A stretch of DNA of 32,000 nucleotides, taken from contig NC_010546.1 of the NCBI RefSeq assembly GCF_000017845.1, positions 270,001-302,000 of the forward strand, written 5' to 3'. A program made the translations under genes and the position numbers. Positions within the stretch are counted from its first letter, which is position 1. Each line of letters begins with the position of its first letter. Below, piece after piece: positions 27,616 through 32,000 of this stretch. The notes beneath the pieces are model-generated. The model was not told the DNA's origin. It saw only the letters and a list, made by a program, of their open reading frames with translations, and made no database searches. The stretch is from Crocosphaera subtropica ATCC 51142 (GTDB taxonomy: Bacteria > Cyanobacteriota > Cyanobacteriia > Cyanobacteriales > Microcystaceae).

Positions 27616-28473
27616 CTAGGCTGCATCATCATCGTGGGCAAATCTGTTATAAAGAAAATCTAAAGCATAGTTGCGAAGATCATAGTATTGGGGATCTTCC
27701 ATAATACGATCGCGGTCCCTGGGCCGAGGAAAAGGAATATTCATGATTTCCCCAATATTAGCAGCCGGCCCGTTGGTCATCATAACGAGACGATCTGCCA
27801 AAAATAACGCCTCATCAATATCATGGGTAATCATTAACACCGTACAACGGTGATCATTCCAAATTTTCAGCAATTCTTCTTGTAATTCCTCTTTGGTGAT
27901 AGCATCTAACGCACCAAAAGGCTCATCTAAGATTAACACTTCTGGACGAATAGCTAAAGCGCGCGCGATAGAAACCCGTTGTTTCATTCCTCCTGATATT
28001 TGGGTGGGTTTTTTGTTTTCTGCTTCGGTTAAACCTACCATGGCCAGGTGATCCCGTACAATAGATCGTTTTTCGGCTTCTCGCTTGTTAGGATGGACAG
28101 CATCCACCGCTAAATAGACGTTTTCAAACACGGTTAACCAAGGAAGTAAAGCATAATTTTGGAACACCACCATGCGATCGGGCCCTGGTTTTTTGACCGG
28201 TTTTCCATTAACTAAGACTGATCCGTGAGTGGGAGTGGCAAACCCTGACACCATGTTTAAAAGGGTAGATTTTCCACAGCCAGAATGACCAATAACACAG
28301 ATAAATTCCCCTTCTTTAACGGTTAAATTAACATCTTGTAAAACCGTATAAGGTCCCTTGGGAGTGGGATAAACCTTACTAACGTTTTCAATAACAACCG
28401 AAAAATCATGATTCATAGCAGGTTGAGGTTTTAGGTTAAGAACTTTGGGGTTTTTCGATTTGATCGTGTGCAT
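27616..28473 (-). CDS. nrtD: Nitrate/bicarbonate ABC transporter ATP-binding protein (NrtD/CmpD type)
   Basis: Walker A GHSGCGKST, signature ISGGMKQR, Walker B LILDEPFGALD. I place the start at ATG 28473 (MHTIKSK..., GGAGAA SD upstream) rather than the track start 28575, which overlaps the upstream gene and reads through an intercistronic hairpin. Nrt versus Cmp cannot be decided from the window. Confidence 0.8.
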   Translation of the reverse strand: MHTIKSKNPKVLNLKPQPAMNHDFSVVIENVSKVYPTPKGPYTVLQDVNLTVKEGEFICVIGHSGCGKSTLLNMVSGFATPTHGSVLVNGKPVKKPGPDRMVVFQNYALLPWLTVFENVYLAVDAVHPNKREAEKRSIVRDHLAMVGLTEAENKKPTQISGGMKQRVSIARALAIRPEVLILDEPFGALDAITKEELQEELLKIWNDHRCTVLMITHDIDEALFLADRLVMMTNGPAANIGEIMNIPFPRPRDRDRIMEDPQYYDLRNYALDFLYNRFAHDDDAA

Positions 28474-28511
28474 AATTTTCTCCGTATTTATGTAGGGTGA
28501 ATAATGGCAAG

Positions 28512-28529
28512 TCCCCCTTATCAGGGGGA
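28512..28529 (-). other. Intercistronic RNA hairpin between nrtC and nrtD
   Basis: Perfect 7-bp GC-rich stem TCCCCCT (28512-28518) / AGGGGGA (28523-28529) with a 4-nt loop, in the 67-nt spacer. Confidence 0.5.
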
Positions 28530-28540
28530 TGCAAAAGGGG

Positions 28541-30550
28541 TCAAGCAGCAATAGGAACAGGCATTTTAACCCCATCCAGATGAACTTCTGCCATCGTAAA
28601 ATTCTGTTTAATAGCTAATTCATTGAGATAGTTAACGGGATCTTCTGCATCGAAAGTGATCCCATCAAACAACTTAATAGGTTCTCTGCGATATTTAATA
28701 TCAATCATTCCTAACTCCCTGGCTGCGGTACTAAACACACTGACCCGACACACCCGTTCTAAAATTTCTACCCAGTTACGAGGGAAAGGAATATGACCCC
28801 ATCGGGCCATTTGTGTCATCATCCATAAGTGTTCCGTTCGACTGGGCCGGTTCATTCCTTCCCCGAAAAACATATGATGAGCATATTCTACGGGTTTTTC
28901 TATATTGCAAGTATAGTTTTTCGGGTCCCCTAACTGGATATATTCGGGGTTGGTACTGAGATATTTACGACTGGCTAATAATTGACGGATTTCTTCATGG
29001 TTAGCCGGATCAGCGCAATATTGACACCCTTCTAAAATGGCTTTAACCAGGGCAATATGACTATTAGGATGGGTATTAGCCCAGTTTTCTCTGACTCCCA
29101 ACACTTTACCCGGATGGCCTTGCCAAATTTCTAAATCTGTGGCTACAGTAAAGCCAACCCCTTCCGTGGCAGCCCGAATATTCCAGGGTTCCCCCACACA
29201 GTACCCGTCAATGGTTCCGGCTTTGAGATCCGCTACCATTTGAGCCGGGGGGATGGTTTCTAGTTGCACATCTTGATCCGGATCGATACCTCCTGCAGCG
29301 AACCAATAACGTAATAAGAGGTTGTGCATAGAAGAAGGGTGAACCATGCCGAAAATATGGCGTTTTTCGGTGGATTCCAGTAACATTCGTCTTAATTCGT
29401 TGACGTTACTTACGCCTTGTTCATAAAACGACTGGGCCAAGGTGATCCCGTTACCGTTGCGTGTCATGGTTAAGGCCGTGACAATGGGTAAGGGGGTTTC
29501 TTGGTGGCCTCCGGCAGTTAACCAGGTAGGCATTCCTGCAGGCATTTGCGCCCCGTCTAAGTAGCCTCCTGCGATCCCATCCACCACCCCTCGCCAACTG
29601 CTTTCACGGACCAAATTCACCTCATCTAGACCATGTTTGGCAAAGAATCCCCGTTCTTGGGCAACAATTAAGGGGGCGCAAGCGGTGAGGGGAACAAAGC
29701 CGATTTCTAGGTTGACTTTTTCTAGGCCATGACGGGCGATCGCATCTGTTTTTTTGGCGCGTAATTTTTTGATCCGTTTCTGTTGGTTAAGAAAGTAAAT
29801 AATCTCACTACGAAGACTATAATAACTAGGATGATTGACCACTTCCATCCGTTTACGAGGTCGAGGAATATCCACATCTAAAATGCCACCAATATTTGAT
29901 CCTGGACCGTTGGTTAACATGACAATTCTATCTGAGAGTAAAACCGCTTCATCTACGTCATGGGTTACCATAACTGAAGTGATTTGATATTGTTCACAAA
30001 TCCGCATTAATTGTTCTTGTAAATTGCCTCTAGTTAAAGCATCTAATGCCCCGAAAGGTTCATCAAGTAACAATAATTTAGGGCGAATAGAGAGGGCGCG
30101 AGCGATGGCTACCCGTTGCTTCATCCCTCCTGATAATTGTTTAGGTAATTTATCAACAGCATGGCGTAATCCCACTAAATCTATATGTTTTTCAATGATT
30201 TCTTTTCGTTCTTTGGCTGGATAACCGGCCATAACTTCATCAACAGCCAAAGCAATATTTTGATAGACAGTTAACCAAGGTAAGAGGGAATAGTTTTGGA
30301 AAATAACCATTTTGTCTGGCCCTGGTTTTTTCACTTTTTGCCCTTCTAAGGTAACAATTCCTTCCGTGGGTAAATCCAAACCTGCGATCATATTTAATAG
30401 GGTAGATTTACCACAACCAGAGTGACCAATTAATGAGATAAATTCCCCTTTTTTAATCTCTAAATTGATTCCCTTTAAGGCAATATATTCGCCACCATCG
30501 TTTAAAGGAAATACCTTATCAATATCATCAACTGCAACAAAAACACCCAT
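28541..30550 (-). CDS. nrtC: Nitrate/bicarbonate ABC transporter ATP-binding protein with C-terminal NrtA/CmpA-like solute-binding domain (NrtC/CmpC type)
   Basis: 669 aa. N-terminal ABC ATPase (GHSGCGKST, LSGGMKQR, LLLDEPFGALD). The C-terminal ~400 aa are homologous to the periplasmic binding protein (GFVPLTACAPLIVAQERGFFAKHGL...LLLRYWFAAGGIDPD...GYCVGEPWN). Confidence 0.85.
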   Translation of the reverse strand: MGVFVAVDDIDKVFPLNDGGEYIALKGINLEIKKGEFISLIGHSGCGKSTLLNMIAGLDLPTEGIVTLEGQKVKKPGPDKMVIFQNYSLLPWLTVYQNIALAVDEVMAGYPAKERKEIIEKHIDLVGLRHAVDKLPKQLSGGMKQRVAIARALSIRPKLLLLDEPFGALDALTRGNLQEQLMRICEQYQITSVMVTHDVDEAVLLSDRIVMLTNGPGSNIGGILDVDIPRPRKRMEVVNHPSYYSLRSEIIYFLNQQKRIKKLRAKKTDAIARHGLEKVNLEIGFVPLTACAPLIVAQERGFFAKHGLDEVNLVRESSWRGVVDGIAGGYLDGAQMPAGMPTWLTAGGHQETPLPIVTALTMTRNGNGITLAQSFYEQGVSNVNELRRMLLESTEKRHIFGMVHPSSMHNLLLRYWFAAGGIDPDQDVQLETIPPAQMVADLKAGTIDGYCVGEPWNIRAATEGVGFTVATDLEIWQGHPGKVLGVRENWANTHPNSHIALVKAILEGCQYCADPANHEEIRQLLASRKYLSTNPEYIQLGDPKNYTCNIEKPVEYAHHMFFGEGMNRPSRTEHLWMMTQMARWGHIPFPRNWVEILERVCRVSVFSTAARELGMIDIKYRREPIKLFDGITFDAEDPVNYLNELAIKQNFTMAEVHLDGVKMPVPIAA

Positions 30551-30599
30551 AATTTTTACCTCTTTTTTTAAAAAATTGGATTCAATATTATTCCTGTTG

Positions 30600-30622
30600 G
30601 GTTGAGGTAACGAAACTCAACC
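30600..30622 (-). other. Intercistronic RNA hairpin between nrtB and nrtC
   Basis: 7-bp stem GGTTGAG (30600-30606) / CTCAACC (30616-30622) with a 9-nt loop, in the 82-nt spacer. Confidence 0.45.
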
Positions 30623-30632
30623 TACTTATTAC

Positions 30633-31475
30633 TTATTCACCAGGAGCAATAACTTTTTGTAAGTAAGCAATTCCCCGATCAAGTAATAGTCCAACTGCCC
30701 CGATATACACCACTGCCAAAATAATTTCACTGATGTAATTTTGTTGGTACGCATCCCAAATAAAGAAGCCAATACCTACAATTCCAGACATAACAATCTC
30801 TGCTGCAATAATAGCTAACCAAGCTAACCCGATCGCAATTCTTAATCCTGTGAAAATGTAAGGTAAAGCAGAAGGAAGCAAAATCTTGAAAAAGAATTTT
30901 TTGTTGGATAATTGTAAGACTTGCTGCACATTGATGTAATCTTGGGGAATTTGTTTTACTCCTTCAGTGGTATTAATTAAAATTGGCCACACTGCAGTAA
31001 TAAAGATAACAAAGATAGCGGCCGGTTGATTTTGTTGTAAGGCGACTAAAGCAATCGGAACCCAGGCTAAAGGTGCAACCATTCTTAAGAATTGAAATAA
31101 AGGATCTAAGGCTTTATTAATTAAGGGTTGTGTTCCCACTAAAATCCCCACACTAATTCCTATTAAAGCAGCTAAAGAATAACCTTGAGCAACCCTACCT
31201 AAACTCGCTAAAGTTTGCCAAAATAACCCTTTATCTAAACCACCCCGATCATAAAAAGGATACATTAATAAAATACGGGTTCGTTCATCAGTCCATAAGC
31301 TACTAGGAGGGGGTAATTTAATTAAACCAGTCATCGAAATCAATTGCCAAACTGCCAAAAAACCTAATACTCCAACGATAGGAGGCAATATTTCCCCTTT
31401 ATTTTTATCCCAAAAAGTTAGTAATGGGTTTTGATTTTTTACTCTGTTGGGACGCATTCTAGTAGTAGCTGTCAT
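30633..31475 (-). CDS. nrtB: Nitrate/bicarbonate ABC transporter permease (NrtB/CmpB type)
   Basis: 280 aa polytopic membrane protein. The family pattern ...DKGLFWQTLASLGRVAQGYSLAALIGISVGILVG...LAWVPIAL... is typical of NrtB/CmpB/TauC-type permeases. Confidence 0.85.
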   Translation of the reverse strand: MTATTRMRPNRVKNQNPLLTFWDKNKGEILPPIVGVLGFLAVWQLISMTGLIKLPPPSSLWTDERTRILLMYPFYDRGGLDKGLFWQTLASLGRVAQGYSLAALIGISVGILVGTQPLINKALDPLFQFLRMVAPLAWVPIALVALQQNQPAAIFVIFITAVWPILINTTEGVKQIPQDYINVQQVLQLSNKKFFFKILLPSALPYIFTGLRIAIGLAWLAIIAAEIVMSGIVGIGFFIWDAYQQNYISEIILAVVYIGAVGLLLDRGIAYLQKVIAPGE

Positions 31476-31514
31476 TTTTTTCTCCTTTGTTTAAACTAAT
31501 AATTTTTAACTGTT

Positions 31515-32000
31515 TTAAACTCGTTTGATAGTGAGACTATTTAAGTAAGCTTGTGGATTTTCGGGATCAAATGTAACTCCATCAAAGAAGGTTTCAACTC
31601 CCCTGGAGGTACTGGCAGGAATATCTGCTGTAAACCCTGCTTCTGTAGCAGCTTCTCTCCAAATATCCTCACGGTTAACTTTATCGATAATCTTTTGTGC
31701 AGTATCAAGATCGGATATTTGATCTTTATGGAAACCCCATCGTAATGTTTCAGTTAGGAACCAAAGATCGTGACTCTTATAAGGATAAGAAACGTTACCT
31801 TTGCCATCTTTCCAATACAACGGCCCCATATTTATGTCTTTAACTTCTGCTTTGCCATCACCCATTTTATAATTACCTTTATAGGGAGCATCTAAAATAT
31901 CAACGGGGACATTAAAGTAGTTTCTTCCTGCTAAAATTTTAACAGTGGCAGCCCGATTATTGTTCTGATCAATCCATTGTTGTGCCTCCATTAATCCCTT
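31515..32000 (-). CDS. nrtA: Nitrate/bicarbonate ABC transporter substrate-binding protein, C-terminal ~161 aa (NrtA/CmpA family; gene runs off the window end)
   Basis: ...[21 protein letters not shown]...[30 protein letters not shown] matches the conserved NrtA/CmpA C-terminus. The frame stays open to position 32000. Confidence 0.8.
   Translation of the reverse strand, partial: KGLMEAQQWIDQNNNRAATVKILAGRNYFNVPVDILDAPYKGNYKMGDGKAEVKDINMGPLYWKDGKGNVSYPYKSHDLWFLTETLRWGFHKDQISDLDTAQKIIDKVNREDIWREAATEAGFTADIPASTSRGVETFFDGVTFDPENPQAYLNSLTIKRV

Noticed and set aside
28474-28575. N-terminal extension of nrtD (MGLKCLFLLLLDPFCIPLIRGTCHYSPYINTEKI)
   Set aside because: It overlaps the nrtC 3' end and translates through a GC-rich hairpin. 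The internal ATG at 28473 has a GGAGAA SD and gives a normal-length NrtD.
1-32000. Search for mobile elements, CRISPR arrays, prophage, toxin-antitoxin or defence islands
   Set aside because: I found no transposase, integrase or recombinase motifs. There are no regularly spaced repeats and no tRNA-flanked insertion signature: the tRNA-Leu has housekeeping-type neighbours and no direct repeat of its 3' end that I could find. Gene content is housekeeping throughout.

Overview
This window looks like ordinary core chromosome of an AT-rich unicellular cyanobacterium of the Cyanothece/Crocosphaera type. The lineage call rests on 9 perfect HIP1 octamers (GCGATCGC) and on lineage-typical genes: ycf3, pxcA/cemA-family, ftn2/ARC6-like, rpaA and an NrtABCD/CmpABCD-type transporter. 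I can support about 29 protein genes. In order they are: the rne 5' end, a pentapeptide-repeat protein, an IscS-type cysteine desulfurase, a Cys-less peroxiredoxin-like protein, a RimK-associated-type retropepsin, hisF, a small membrane ORF, gatC, ycf3, a sugar ABC permease, pxcA, a degenerate UvrD-like P-loop protein, a CheY-like receiver, rpsU, ftn2, pdhA, asd, dapA, rnj, a secreted small protein, a DICT-GAF histidine kinase, rpaA, mutL, a CxxC small protein, a Grx2/GST-like protein and nrtDCBA. There are also two RNA genes, tRNA-Leu(UAG) and the SRP (4.5S) RNA, the latter hidden under a spurious ORF in the supplied track. Several intrinsic terminators and intercistronic hairpins are visible. 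I see no transposase, integrase, CRISPR array, prophage, toxin-antitoxin or recognisable defence genes, and no clear-cut novel multi-gene system. The best leads, all hypotheses that need database or experimental checks, are:
1. The rpaA locus: a divergent DICT-GAF kinase, a 379-bp spacer with a 31-codon ORF, and an HLR1-like direct repeat.
2. A 722-aa SF1-helicase-like protein with an intact Walker A but degenerate later motifs.
3. An Arg-rich C-terminal tail on RNase J that resembles the PNPase-docking peptide of cyanobacterial RNase E.
4. A CxxC small protein plus CPYC Grx2/GST-like gene pair.
5. Structured non-coding elements: an orphan terminator and palindrome cluster upstream of rne, and a 12-bp inverted repeat bracketing the ycf3-gatC spacer.
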